NCBI GenBank assembly: GCA_016297845.1
Contig: JAEDFV010000001.1
Span: 80-64,079 of the forward strand
Length of the DNA stretch: 64,000 bases
Source of the DNA: Clostridia bacterium
GTDB taxonomy: Bacteria; Bacillota; Clostridia; Christensenellales; UBA1242
Reading direction: 5' to 3'
The notes under the pieces: model-generated
What the model saw: only the letters and a program-made list of their open reading frames with translations
Database searches by the model: none
Told to the model about the DNA's origin: nothing
Shown: positions 39,701 to 48,612 of the stretch, piece by piece
Layout of the letters: each line of letters opens with the position of its first letter
Numbering within the stretch: position 1 is the stretch's first letter
Made by a program: the position numbers and the translations under genes

Positions 39701-42700
39701 CTTTTTGTCAGTTCCAGCAATAAATGACGCCACAGGTGTTCCCGTTGCACTGCATGCACTAGGCAAAGAAGTAACATTAGATTTTATATAACAATTTTTT
39801 ATTTCAGAAAGTGAACCAGTGTATATAAACTGACCAGCACTATGTCCTAAATTAACATTTTGAACATCATAATGGACAAGAGAATAGCAATCCAAAACTA
39901 AATTGGTCGCTTCATTATAGTCACTTATTAAATTTCCAACAAGTCCGCCAGAATTTGATTCTTTGACTGGCAATGCCCCACTGAACATTGAACGTGAAAT
40001 TTGGGTGTTTGAAGAAATTCCAACCAATCCCCCAGAGTAAACTTCACGTTGAGTTGTGTTCAATCTATAGAAAATTTGATCAGTTGAAAGAGCATTCCAC
40101 TCAGCTGGAAATTTTCCGCTCGTGCTATCAAAATATAATTTTAATTCATCATCAGATATGCTTTCCCAAACAAAAGGCTTTGCGCCTGAGTATTCCGTTC
40201 CATTAACAATACTGTTGTAATATTCTTTAGGCGCACTTTCATTTATTTTTTCAACATAATGAACATAAACAATGCCTGTGTCGCTTGGCAAGAACTTTAT
40301 CAATTCTTTTTGTTGGTCAATGTCATAAATTGCTTCCACGACGCAACCATAGATGTTTCCGCTTTCAGAAACAGCGCAGATTCCGCCTGCGGAGAAATTG
40401 ATTTCATTTGAATATGAATAGGCAGAGTTATTCAAAATAAGAAGTGTCACATTTGCGTAGAAAGGAACAGTGTTGATATATTTACAATCTTTCAAATCTC
40501 CTTTGTTGCATGCCACAATTCCGCCAGCACTTTCAACGCCAACAACGCCGCCGATGAAAGTGTAGTTTATGATTTTTCCTTCGTTAACTCCGGCAATTCC
40601 TCCAATGTTTGCACCAGAAATACCTGTTGCCATGTAACCTTTTGTCAATGAATCGTCTGTCGCTTCAATTGTTCCCAAGTTGAGACCAACGAGTCCCCCT
40701 GTGTACTTAACAAGTTGACCTGCTTTGTATTCAATTCCGTAATACATTCCGTAGGCAGAGTTTGAGTTAATTACTCTTGATTCATCGTGTAATGCTAAAA
40801 ACCCAAAAAGTTCTGCAACCGACGCCTCAGAAGAAGACAGTGATGGATTGAAAACATTTTTATATTTGATGGTCGTCAATGAATCAGCATTACTATTTTT
40901 TGTTCCATAATGCTCTTGGAATGCTTTCATATATCCGAAAACATCCATTCCGTCGCCAGCATTTTCCAAAATTTCTTTGGTGTCGAGAGTTCCATTATAG
41001 TTGGAGCCAATGTTTCTTATCACACCTTTATTTATGTTTGCAAGACCGCCATAATATGTCACACCATTATAAGTTGAAACATATTCATCAAAGGTGTAGC
41101 CAAGTTCTGGAAGATAAGCAGTGTAATAGAACATATCTTCAACAACACCACTTTCAGCAATCATCTTAAACAAAGGTTTTATTGCGTAAATTCCATAAGG
41201 TGTGATTTCTGACTGATAACGTCCTGACAATTTGCCCATGAAATTTTCAACAGGTTCATAATCAACTGGCATGAAAATGTTGTTTCTTAAAACGAAAGTT
41301 GAAGCAGGAGAAGAGCCAAGAAGTTTTAAATCTTCCGACTCATAAATTTCAAAGGCAGAATCTGAACTCTTGCCATCGGCAACTTTGATTGGGATTCTGA
41401 CAATTGGCTCTTCGCCATTCCAACCATTTGTTGACTCATAGTAATTTGACGTTGGATAAATGACAAGAGTGCCATTTGCTCCAAATTGTGCCAATTTTTT
41501 CTTTTCATCTTTTGTTGTTAAATTTCTTTCCTCTTCAGACAAATTGAAATAATCTGAATAGTCATATGCCACACGAACAACTGTTAATTTGTCGCCAACC
41601 ATATATGCAAAGAATTGTTTGTCGCCATTTTCATCAATGTAATAATCTTTCTCTGACAAATAATCCCAGTTAAATTCAAATTCAAGAGATTTGTTTGTTA
41701 TTTCTTTTTCACTGTTTGCAAAAATATTATAGACAAGTTCAAGTTCATAAACATCGTCGATTAACGAACTTACATAATTGTTGTAAGCTTCTTCATCATT
41801 AACCTCAACTTCAACTCCCTCTTGTATAATTATTTTTTTGAAATCATCAGCGGATTTGAGTTGATTTTGAATGTAAATTGGGTCTTCTTCGCTTGCATTA
41901 ATTACTTCAATTTCACTTATTTCAACAGCAGTTGTAATAATAACCCTTGAAATTGCAGTAAATTTTTTGTCAGGATTGATTTCAGAAATCGACATTGCAA
42001 AAATAAAGTTTGCATCACAAGACTTTAAAGCCTGAATTGTAAATGTATACACATTACCTTCAAGTTTTCTTGTAACTTTAAGGGTAGCAGCTGATAAGTT
42101 ATATGTTACAACACCGTCGGCATTAAGATATAGCAAATCGTTAACAAATAGGTTTGAAATATTAACTGTTGAACCATTTACAAATATTTCCAAATTTTTT
42201 AGATAAGTTGGTATCAATCCTACATTTACGGGATTTACAGTCACACTGAATGAACCTATGGATTTACTTATGTTATTTGAATCTAAGAATTTGTCACCTA
42301 TTGAATCGTAACTATAAACATCAATAGTTCCATTCTTTATCGAAACACCTTTTATTGGGACAAAGAAATTTACCAAATAGAACAAACTTCCTGCTGGATC
42401 CTCAGTGTATGTTCCATCAGACTTCATTGCCTTAATATCAATTCTGATAAGGACATTTCCCTCAACTCCTGAGTTAATCGCCTCGAGAAGTGTTGAATTT
42501 ACCAAACGAGAGGTGTTAATTATTGAACTCGAAGATGACCATTCAAGATTAGCAACATCTATATCACTAATACTGATTGTTTTAAGAGTCTTTCCGTCAG
42601 GAATTGTAAAATCGAAAAATTTATATTCAAGGTAATATTGTGCATTTGAAGGAACAGCTTTTTTGATAAGTTGAACACCACTTCCACCAGAATTTGCTAT

Positions 42701-44677
42701 AGAAAGTTTATTGAGTTGTCTTGTAACTTCAATTCCGTTGATTTTTACAACAGTGTCAGAAATATTTTTGTAAGGGACAATGTCGCTTTCAATTACCGTT
42801 CCGCCATATGTCACATCTTCCAAATCAATTTCAAGTTCTTCAAGAGGGCATATTACAACCAAACTGAAGTTGACAGTTTTTCCGTCAGAAAGAGAAACAG
42901 TCAGCGTTGTTGAACCGACTTTGTTTGGGATTATTGTAAATTTTCCATAAACATAGTTTTCATCTTTTGCGTAGTAAGAAAGAGTTCCAATTGTCGCAAT
43001 ATTCCCATTTGCAATTTTTACACTGGAATTTGCACCAATTGTGAATGATGCTGGGTCAATAGCAATGTATTGTGTAATTGTTTTTCCATATTCAGCAAAG
43101 ATAGTTGTCTCGCTTTGTTTAACTTCTAAACCGCTTTCTGTTTTGTCAGCAATAAAAACATTCTTTGCATTTGGATTAATTGTGAAAGTTATATTTGTAA
43201 GCGCACGAGAAGTCTCAGTCGCTGTAAAATCACAGAATGCTGAGGCTTGAGCATAAATTTGTGCAGATTTGTTTGTAACATTTAACAGATATTTTGAGTT
43301 TATAAATGCATAAAGTTTAGTACCTGAAGAAATTGTGGCATATCTTATTGTGCCATTTTCGTTTCCAACCGCGTTTCCATTTTTGTCATATCCAAAAACG
43401 CAAATATAACCAGTTCTTGTGGCATTAAGTCTGTACAAAGAAACTGGCAAATTTTCAAAATCCTTTGCCCAAATTGTTATATAATTTTCGCCAGATTTTA
43501 AGTTGCCCGGCAAAATAGAAAATTCAACCATTTGACCATTTGTTAAATTAATTGAGTTTTCAAAAATGTCAATTTCTACGGATTTATTAGCTCCGTTTAC
43601 TTCCACTGAGTCCGGTTTATTGTATGAGTACAAATTTAAGACGACAGAATTTTCAACGTAATTGCTTTCCCCGGCATTATATCCGTTGTAGGAAACGGTG
43701 AATTTTACATTGTCAATATTTCCTGCCTCTTGGGAATTAGCCTGAATCAAGAAAATATATCTGTGGAGTTTTAGAGCAGAATCATAACTGTAACCTGTTT
43801 GAAGAACGCTGAATTTGTCTAAATCAGTTCCGAAAACTTTATCAATTTTCAAGGTTTCGTCTTGACTTCCCGCTTTAACAATCAAAGTTACAGTTTTGCT
43901 GTTAGGGTAAATTGATTCATCTTTTTCTGTTGGGAAAATTTCCAAATAGTTTTGGATTTCGCTTGAAGATGAAACATTCTCAACAACTGTTTTGCCGTCC
44001 ATAGAAAGAACAACTTGTATTGGCTTGAGAATCTTAACTTCAAATTCAGTTGAAATTTCTGAATTAGAAGAAGAAACTGCTTGCAAAGTTACGCTTTGAA
44101 GAGAGCAACTGTCAGAAACCACCAAGTTCCCGTCAATTATCTCACAACCTTGACTTTCCCCAACAAATGAAAAATCCAAATCACGTTGATTTGTGTCAGA
44201 AGGTATAAAATTCCATATCGTTTGCTGTGAGAGAGAAAGAGTTCTTCCAGCAACAACATACAACGAATTTGCATATTCGTTTTTAAGTTCAATGCCTGTT
44301 ATTGGTTGTATAACCTTGACAGTCAAAACAAATTTTTGAGAACCTTGAAGACTTGTAACAAAAATATGAGCCGTCCCCCTAGACAAGCCTTTGACTTCTA
44401 AAACAGTCTTGCCATTTTTTTTGGGGGTTGGAGAAATTGAAACAAAGTCTTTTTCATTATCTTCCAAACTGAAATTCAGTTGGTCGCTTCCATTCCCAAA
44501 ATTCTTTAGTTCAAACTCAACAGATTTAGTTTCTTGGTCTGTTCCCAGAACGAGTTCAATTTCAGAGTTAGAAGCAGTTATTTGCGCTTTTTTATCAGAT
44601 TCTCCACAAGCATAAAGAGTCATACTTGCAATTACGACTAAAACAAAGCAACCAATAAATCCTAAAATTTTTTTCAT
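33773..44677 (-). CDS. giant surface lipoprotein A, 3634 aa (Ig-like repeats plus GLUG-type arrays), carrying an in-frame IS1 insertion and ending at an in-frame TGA
   Basis: 10,905-nt ORF. SD GGAGGGG is upstream. Lipoprotein signal MKKILGFIGCFVLVVIASMTLYAC|G. Ig-like repeats fill the first ~1000 aa. GLUG-type units include TGGLVGLNLGTIE, IGGIAGVNEGKIINY and SGGLVGISSNTQISRS. Residues ~1704-1972 are the antisense translation of an IS1 element. The C-terminal module is cut by TGA (33775..33773). Confidence 0.85.
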   Translation of the reverse strand: MKKILGFIGCFVLVVIASMTLYACGESDKKAQITASNSEIELVLGTDQETKSVEFELKNFGNGSDQLNFSLEDNEKDFVSISPTPKKNGKTVLEVKGLSRGTAHIFVTSLQGSQKFVLTVKVIQPITGIELKNEYANSLYVVAGRTLSLSQQTIWNFIPSDTNQRDLDFSFVGESQGCEIIDGNLVVSDSCSLQSVTLQAVSSSNSEISTEFEVKILKPIQVVLSMDGKTVVENVSSSSEIQNYLEIFPTEKDESIYPNSKTVTLIVKAGSQDETLKIDKVFGTDLDKFSVLQTGYSYDSALKLHRYIFLIQANSQEAGNIDNVKFTVSYNGYNAGESNYVENSVVLNLYSYNKPDSVEVNGANKSVEIDIFENSINLTNGQMVEFSILPGNLKSGENYITIWAKDFENLPVSLYRLNATRTGYICVFGYDKNGNAVGNENGTIRYATISSGTKLYAFINSKYLLNVTNKSAQIYAQASAFCDFTATETSRALTNITFTINPNAKNVFIADKTESGLEVKQSETTIFAEYGKTITQYIAIDPASFTIGANSSVKIANGNIATIGTLSYYAKDENYVYGKFTIIPNKVGSTTLTVSLSDGKTVNFSLVVICPLEELEIDLEDVTYGGTVIESDIVPYKNISDTVVKINGIEVTRQLNKLSIANSGGSGVQLIKKAVPSNAQYYLEYKFFDFTIPDGKTLKTISISDIDVANLEWSSSSSIINTSRLVNSTLLEAINSGVEGNVLIRIDIKAMKSDGTYTEDPAGSLFYLVNFFVPIKGVSIKNGTIDVYSYDSIGDKFLDSNNISKSIGSFSVTVNPVNVGLIPTYLKNLEIFVNGSTVNISNLFVNDLLYLNADGVVTYNLSAATLKVTRKLEGNVYTFTIQALKSCDANFIFAMSISEINPDKKFTAISRVIITTAVEISEIEVINASEEDPIYIQNQLKSADDFKKIIIQEGVEVEVNDEEAYNNYVSSLIDDVYELELVYNIFANSEKEITNKSLEFEFNWDYLSEKDYYIDENGDKQFFAYMVGDKLTVVRVAYDYSDYFNLSEEERNLTTKDEKKKLAQFGANGTLVIYPTSNYYESTNGWNGEEPIVRIPIKVADGKSSDSAFEIYESEDLKLLGSSPASTFVLRNNIFMPVDYEPVENFMGKLSGRYQSEITPYGIYAIKPLFKMIAESGVVEDMFYYTAYLPELGYTFDEYVSTYNGVTYYGGLANINKGVIRNIGSNYNGTLDTKEILENAGDGMDVFGYMKAFQEHYGTKNSNADSLTTIKYKNVFNPSLSSSEASVAELFGFLALHDESRVINSNSAYGMYYGIEYKAGQLVKYTGGLVGLNLGTIEATDDSLTKGYMATGISGANIGGIAGVNEGKIINYTFIGGVVGVESAGGIVACNKGDLKDCKYINTVPFYANVTLLILNNSAYSYSNEINFSAGGICAVSESGNIYGCVVEAIYDIDQQKELIKFLPSDTGIVYVHYVEKINESAPKEYYNSIVNGTEYSGAKPFVWESISDDELKLYFDSTSGKFPAEWNALSTDQIFYRLNTTQREVYSGGLVGISSNTQISRSMFSGALPVKESNSGGLVGNLISDYNEATNLVLDCYSLVHYDVQNVNLGHSAGQFIYTGSLSEIKNCYIKSNVTSLPSACSATGTPVASFIAGTDKKTGLLDAFAAFSCFNVEGMEIIDAGQKSYKDLYNYGTATLNLQNKGWCSELYERQILGYNNTQVKVSYDDCNPFGVIAGDFGEITGLSKHTSKTASESTIVAFNTLSELFATFMNNFEIPTNGTEYIPTISSNALNSYTQFYNKAIELYNSSLVSFTKNESNDLTRSAVIGVNHPYTMAFGSDVSPELIDFQTVIANLFGFSSKTEFMNYAQDLADTYAQHRANIANSAATNEALDNGCFYTSNGSFVFPIAVKNELSSTVLAYVILDTSGLVSVWVNDITAALWATNFNSSYHTESIINNELYCKNILFVTGPNKVATLSRTYNEGATNKQSDEFTLSTSLTKHSSEDTSSYYLNIERFMLRGNEVYINSISYEDSLGVVRVYPEGGVTINLAEESNFTRTIVNYWNQIYETVGENENTYDVYKVVEYTRTVSNDGTLTLEFVIKYRKINQETGEETTESLRTETYSFKRTSSTDVSKLNLCFDVNVDSDFLNLNFYSFGNTTDSNYIPNIRFSSMGSLDLNSESQNDTYNGYFYDEETIKYKDFADVVYYSGYDTSVKVLDSSLNHVAINDLNLLYYKLYLIGLYNNFDDFMKESVWEKFSYYNPYFDDFKILTGEMTKDMIKDLYCSLFGLTGAYETDADLKTAITNVVENIIIPQINNSLADLKGDVATLKGQFNGTLTGDTGLGYDYGTKDLWLALYETAFGESGKSEAESILELAGNYIDTAQGISSISTVTLSNIENFFGYVDSIYNAQYQMLKLFSKFMEDDDILSGITTLKIKGTDYEQEVWILDLLRTLGPIYHDSAFMVPSVLGGVESFYSTSGIPSTCQGFKDVGWDIENLYDAGGNEIESDSVWVFEDGILPYLRGTKVSTWVENYKIEVNPESKLDKSKIIKGTYIADDYYIMFYNETYSDLAMDTKAQAQLDKLNSVELVDFLRIYDVNGIYEGSIADFSIHSSDINIIKIVNGRLQLVGTGYVTITIKPLFRSLASQDSDITKTIKIFVTNSVGAISIYEGINSNENLDGKEDVTIIKDRPSYFTVANKNVVSLNHNLFMLKTNPLAVQIDITYIDEEENVVSAYKTGESVNLFEVLGLTAGSETNKFAFGTITVSTNNGVLTDEDYHFNFNIDYQKTYINSLAENEWKKELIRNQEEFKTLTSEQINERKQVFIELFIARFQAVSEDAFNFGFNFKVAVRAERILLSVDKAEIDPSTVLSVDAELVSNRTSDRLIMKIIDENEKIVWISEDFGETKVENNSDLFNASIKNGTAHDGKISAKLLISIAENQRQLVNETKTYKIVLTDSNGDVEKSFNLVVKPQEIITVTYTHHNRDDASTESGIKIQDQPSSILVPGDSGILSINLFPAYATYSKIVLTSSVVNGNYVLMEQMYKSGDYFLSTSTTTGYSSERDVNILTIKNTNNSTGSIYVRTKILDSVKEGLYFPITIQIFAIDEDGNEYLSKVETITLISEVIEPASITINGEKDAVVARGTTAELKLTVGENQTLASFGLSEFDKSESSYDYASIYFNTSEYEIDNGKKIYSGTLTVGLDAEIEDDGYFKIQTIVQKIINGRLESTTDSIEIRVVDFLVEGITIEGNDEQDNVFDTPSAIEKDLKFNFKLSETPEMISASQESSINRINNAKEEFLKTVAYKFSNSQGYEYILNTDREFKAQESGGFTSDAKNIVYNLYYTSDMTPYISKSGEPQANKYFTIRYDNENATTLTIVGTSVGSVNMTIRIGYRLPNTKQDNFITYNFSINVQLYSDEDKPTPIETAEQFVTYLQSESEQYASTNYILMNDIVLENFVPFEKTNFASLDGNNKVITIKSFNLSQSTDILNLGLFVNVSEDATLKNLTVSYGLLEDIIVDETIFKSVNFGGIAVYNSGVIYNCEVVSLDIEGGDIKNGGIKIYFDSTKTKHKLDTTNVIIGGLVVENYTGASITNSRVGGKGSFTKVSYDAEKGTTTNSLDFVEFVIVGQ
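38755..38762. repeat. target-site duplication, left copy (CTTTATTT)
   Basis: The identical 8-mer directly abuts both IS ends (38755..38762 and 39568..39575). Confidence 0.8.
38763..38783 (+). repeat. IS1-family left terminal inverted repeat
   Basis: GGTCCTGTTACAAAAAGTATG compared with the reverse complement of the right end, GGTGGTGTTCCGAATTGTATG: 15 of 21 positions are identical. Confidence 0.75.
38787..38815 (+). promoter_or_regulatory. candidate transposase promoter in the IS left end (leaderless configuration)
   Basis: TTGCAA (38787..38792), 17 nt, TATACT (38810..38815), then 6 nt (ttctgt) and the ATG at 38822. There is no SD. Confidence 0.45.
38822..39535 (+). CDS. IS1-family transposase (single ORF, InsAB-like), 237 aa
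   Basis: N-terminal zinc finger CPKCGS...YICKNCGRQF. The blocks CLEIDEFWTYVGSKSHRVWMIYAY, IATDGWDVF, FTKGIEGNNCRLRCRLRCVFRKTCNFSK and H..RI....YLN line up with E. coli IS1 InsB ([68 protein letters not shown]). It has no internal stops and needs no frameshift. Confidence 0.9.
   Translation: MVRTIEICCPKCGSNVVNPNGHKPTGVQNYICKNCGRQFIFDGDRKYKGTIAGVETSIIKCLVRGCGIRDVSSVLGISIGKVLSVVHKFRFRTKPKQVCYDCLEIDEFWTYVGSKSHRVWMIYAYHRTSGEIVALVLGKRNKRTVVKLYRLIIKLGVTIKSIATDGWDVFRTVCRDFKIVHKCGKQFTKGIEGNNCRLRCRLRCVFRKTCNFSKIPSNHAKRIAIVITYLNLGVIVS
39547..39567 (-). repeat. IS1-family right terminal inverted repeat
   Basis: The reverse complement reads GGTGGTGTTCCGAATTGTATG. Its outer bases resemble the E. coli IS1 end GGTGATGCTGCCAACTTACTG (quoted from memory). 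Confidence 0.75.
39568..39575. repeat. target-site duplication, right copy (CTTTATTT)
   Basis: See the left copy. An 8-9 bp duplication is the known IS1 family behaviour. Confidence 0.8.
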
Positions 44678-44839
44678 GCTTCCCCTCCGACTTTATCTTT
44701 AATCTCTCTAAAATTTTTATTTTTATTAAAATTTATATATATATTAATATTTTTTTTGTTGAAAACAAAGCAATTTAACAAGATTAAGGCGAAACAAAGC
44801 GATTTTTGAACAAAAAAAGAGAAAAAATTGCTTCGTTTG

Positions 44840-44868
44840 TTGTAAAATTCAAACATTTTTGCTACGAT
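44840..44868 (+). promoter_or_regulatory. candidate promoter abutting the ttcA-like ATG (leaderless configuration)
   Basis: TTGTAA (44840..44845), 17 nt, TACGAT (44863..44868) preceded by TGc (extended -10). Only 6 nt (atacgc) then separate it from the ATG at 44875. There is no SD. Confidence 0.4.
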
Positions 44869-44874
44869 ATACGC

Positions 44875-45597
44875 ATGAGAAAAATTTTAAGCCAATTGAG
44901 AAGCGCAATCGAAAAATATAACCTAATTGAAGATGGAGACAAAATTGCAGTTGGATTAAGTGGCGGAAAAGACAGTTTGGTTCTTCTCTCCGCTCTTTCC
45001 AATTATAGAATTTTTTCACCTGTTAAATTCGACCTAATCGCAATAACAGTTGACCAAACTAACGGCGAAACCGACTTTTCTTGCCTAAGCAATTTTTGCG
45101 AAAAACTCAACGTTGAATTTTATGTTGAAAAAACAGAAATTTTTAACATTGTTTTTAATGAAAGAAAAGAAAAAAATCCTTGCAGTTTGTGTGCAAAATT
45201 AAGACGCGGAATCCTAAATTCAACTGCAAAAAAACTTGGGTGCAATAAAGTTGCCTTGGCACATCACAAAGATGACTTGTTGGAAACGTTTTTCCTTTCA
45301 CTTTTTTATGAGGGAAGACTAAGCACCTTTTCACCAAAAACCTATCTTTCAAATGTCGACATAACCGCAATAAGACCGCTTGTTTTTACTGATGAAAAGA
45401 CCATTATCTCTGCTTCAAAAGACCTTCCAATTGTAAAGAATATTTGCCCAGCAAATCACAAAACAAAGAGAGAAGATATGAAAAATTTTTTGGCAGATTT
45501 GGAGAAGAAAATGCCAAATGTAAAAAATCAAATTTTCAATGCAATAACATCACCAGAAAGATATAACCTTTTCGATAAATTTTTGAAAAATAATTAA
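44875..45597 (+). CDS. ttcA: PP-loop ATPase, TtcA-family tRNA 2-thiocytidine biosynthesis-like protein, 240 aa
   Basis: The start is moved to the ATG at 44875 (MRKILSQLRSAIEKYNLIEDGDKIAVGLSGGKDS, PP-loop SGGKDS). The track start at 44806 is a TTG extension across the promoter. Cys motifs PCSLCAKLRRG and NICPANH. HHKDD block. Confidence 0.8.
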   Translation: MRKILSQLRSAIEKYNLIEDGDKIAVGLSGGKDSLVLLSALSNYRIFSPVKFDLIAITVDQTNGETDFSCLSNFCEKLNVEFYVEKTEIFNIVFNERKEKNPCSLCAKLRRGILNSTAKKLGCNKVALAHHKDDLLETFFLSLFYEGRLSTFSPKTYLSNVDITAIRPLVFTDEKTIISASKDLPIVKNICPANHKTKREDMKNFLADLEKKMPNVKNQIFNAITSPERYNLFDKFLKNN

Positions 45598-45680
45598 AAA
45601 ATAATTTAGTTAAATTAACCAAAATGAATTAAATAATTTTATGGTTATTTTGCACATAAATTTTTTAATTTCTTTTGCTA

Positions 45681-45709
45681 TTGACAAATGTCTTTTACTG
45701 TTGTAAAAT
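45681..45709 (+). promoter_or_regulatory. sigma-A promoter for the 148-aa membrane protein gene
   Basis: TTGACA (45681..45686), 17 nt, TAAAAT (45704..45709). The ATG at 45710 touches the -10 box, so it cannot be the start codon. Confidence 0.55.
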
Positions 45710-45730
45710 ATGGAAAATATAGGAGAAAAA

Positions 45731-46177
45731 ATGGAAGAAAACAAAGACCTTTTGGCAAAAGAAGATGAAGAAAAGAAACAACGCGAATCACTTGTAAAAT
45801 CTCAACTTAAACATGCCCCTAAAGCAGTTTTCAAAAAGAGATCAGAAACATGTGAAAGAATTAATTATGCCCTAAAAGCAATTAGTCCTCTTTCTTTTTT
45901 CCTTGGAATTATATTCTGGCCAATTGGGCCTATTGGGATGATTTTTATTGCCCTCTTCTTAATTAGTTTTATCAGTTCGCAACTTATAAGCACAGTCTTT
46001 AAAGATGGTTTTAAGCAAGCGAGTGATGCCATAAATGCCGAAAAGGAAAAAGCTTTTGTTGAAAAAAATGTTGATTTGCAACTTGGATTAAACTTAAAAA
46101 AAGAAAAAACTGCTGACAAGATTAAAACAGCAACAGCTTCTGTTAAGAAAGAACAAAAAAATCTTAATAAGGAATAA
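45731..46177 (+). CDS. hypothetical membrane protein, 148 aa
   Basis: The start is moved to the ATG at 45731, which has SD AGGAGA 5 nt upstream. Charged N-terminus, two hydrophobic segments (LSFFLGIIFWPIGPIGMIFIALFLISFISSQLI), and a K/E-rich tail. Confidence 0.6.
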   Translation: MEENKDLLAKEDEEKKQRESLVKSQLKHAPKAVFKKRSETCERINYALKAISPLSFFLGIIFWPIGPIGMIFIALFLISFISSQLISTVFKDGFKQASDAINAEKEKAFVEKNVDLQLGLNLKKEKTADKIKTATASVKKEQKNLNKE

Positions 46178-46183
46178 CATTTT

Positions 46184-46215
46184 AAAAAATGCCCATTCAA
46201 CTGGGCATTTTTTTA
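46184..46215 (+). terminator. intrinsic terminator
   Basis: Hairpin ATGCCCA-ttcaac-TGGGCAT (46189..46208), followed by T7. Confidence 0.75.
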
Positions 46216-46269
46216 TTGATTTAAATTGTTTTTCTTATCAACTTATTTACAATTTTTATTTGATTATAA

Positions 46270-48279
<2,010 letters not shown>

Positions 48280-48288
48280 GAGCAAGAT

Positions 48289-48612
48289 ATGAGATTTAAA
48301 GAAGAATATGAACTTTTCTTAAAAGAATGGGGCCAAGAATCACAAGAAAGAATGGCAATTGAAGAAATGAGCGAACTTATTAAAGAATTATGCAAAAAAA
48401 TTCGATATGAAAAAGTTGATTTCAATGAACCTGTTCCTAAAGAAAAAATAGATAAAGTTTACAAAAACATTCAAGAAGAAATTGCTGACGTTCTGAACAT
48501 GGTTGAACAATTAGAGGTTTACTATGGAACGGAAGAAATTGAAGAAATCAGAAAAGAAAAAATTGACAGAACAATGAAACTTCTCAGAGAGGTGAATGAT
48601 GAAAGAAAATAA
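48289..48612 (+). CDS. small MazG-like all-alpha NTP pyrophosphohydrolase-fold protein, 107 aa
   Basis: SD AGGAG lies 7 nt upstream. Two acidic helices match the MazG pattern (AIEEMSELIKEL and IQEEIADVLNMVEQL; compare EExxE...ExxD). It sits between gyrB and gyrA and overlaps the gyrA start by 17 nt. Confidence 0.55.
   Translation: MRFKEEYELFLKEWGQESQERMAIEEMSELIKELCKKIRYEKVDFNEPVPKEKIDKVYKNIQEEIADVLNMVEQLEVYYGTEEIEEIRKEKIDRTMKLLREVNDERK

Noticed and set aside
44678-44874. Replication origin at the minus-to-plus strand switch between the giant operon and ttcA/gyrB (and in the AT-rich region 46216..46359 upstream of gyrB).
   Set aside because: There is no cluster of DnaA boxes. Only one 7/9 match to TTATCCACA is visible, near 46247. 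There is no dnaA or dnaN. Gene orientation flips again at cca/valS. The AT-rich tracts are explained by divergent promoters.
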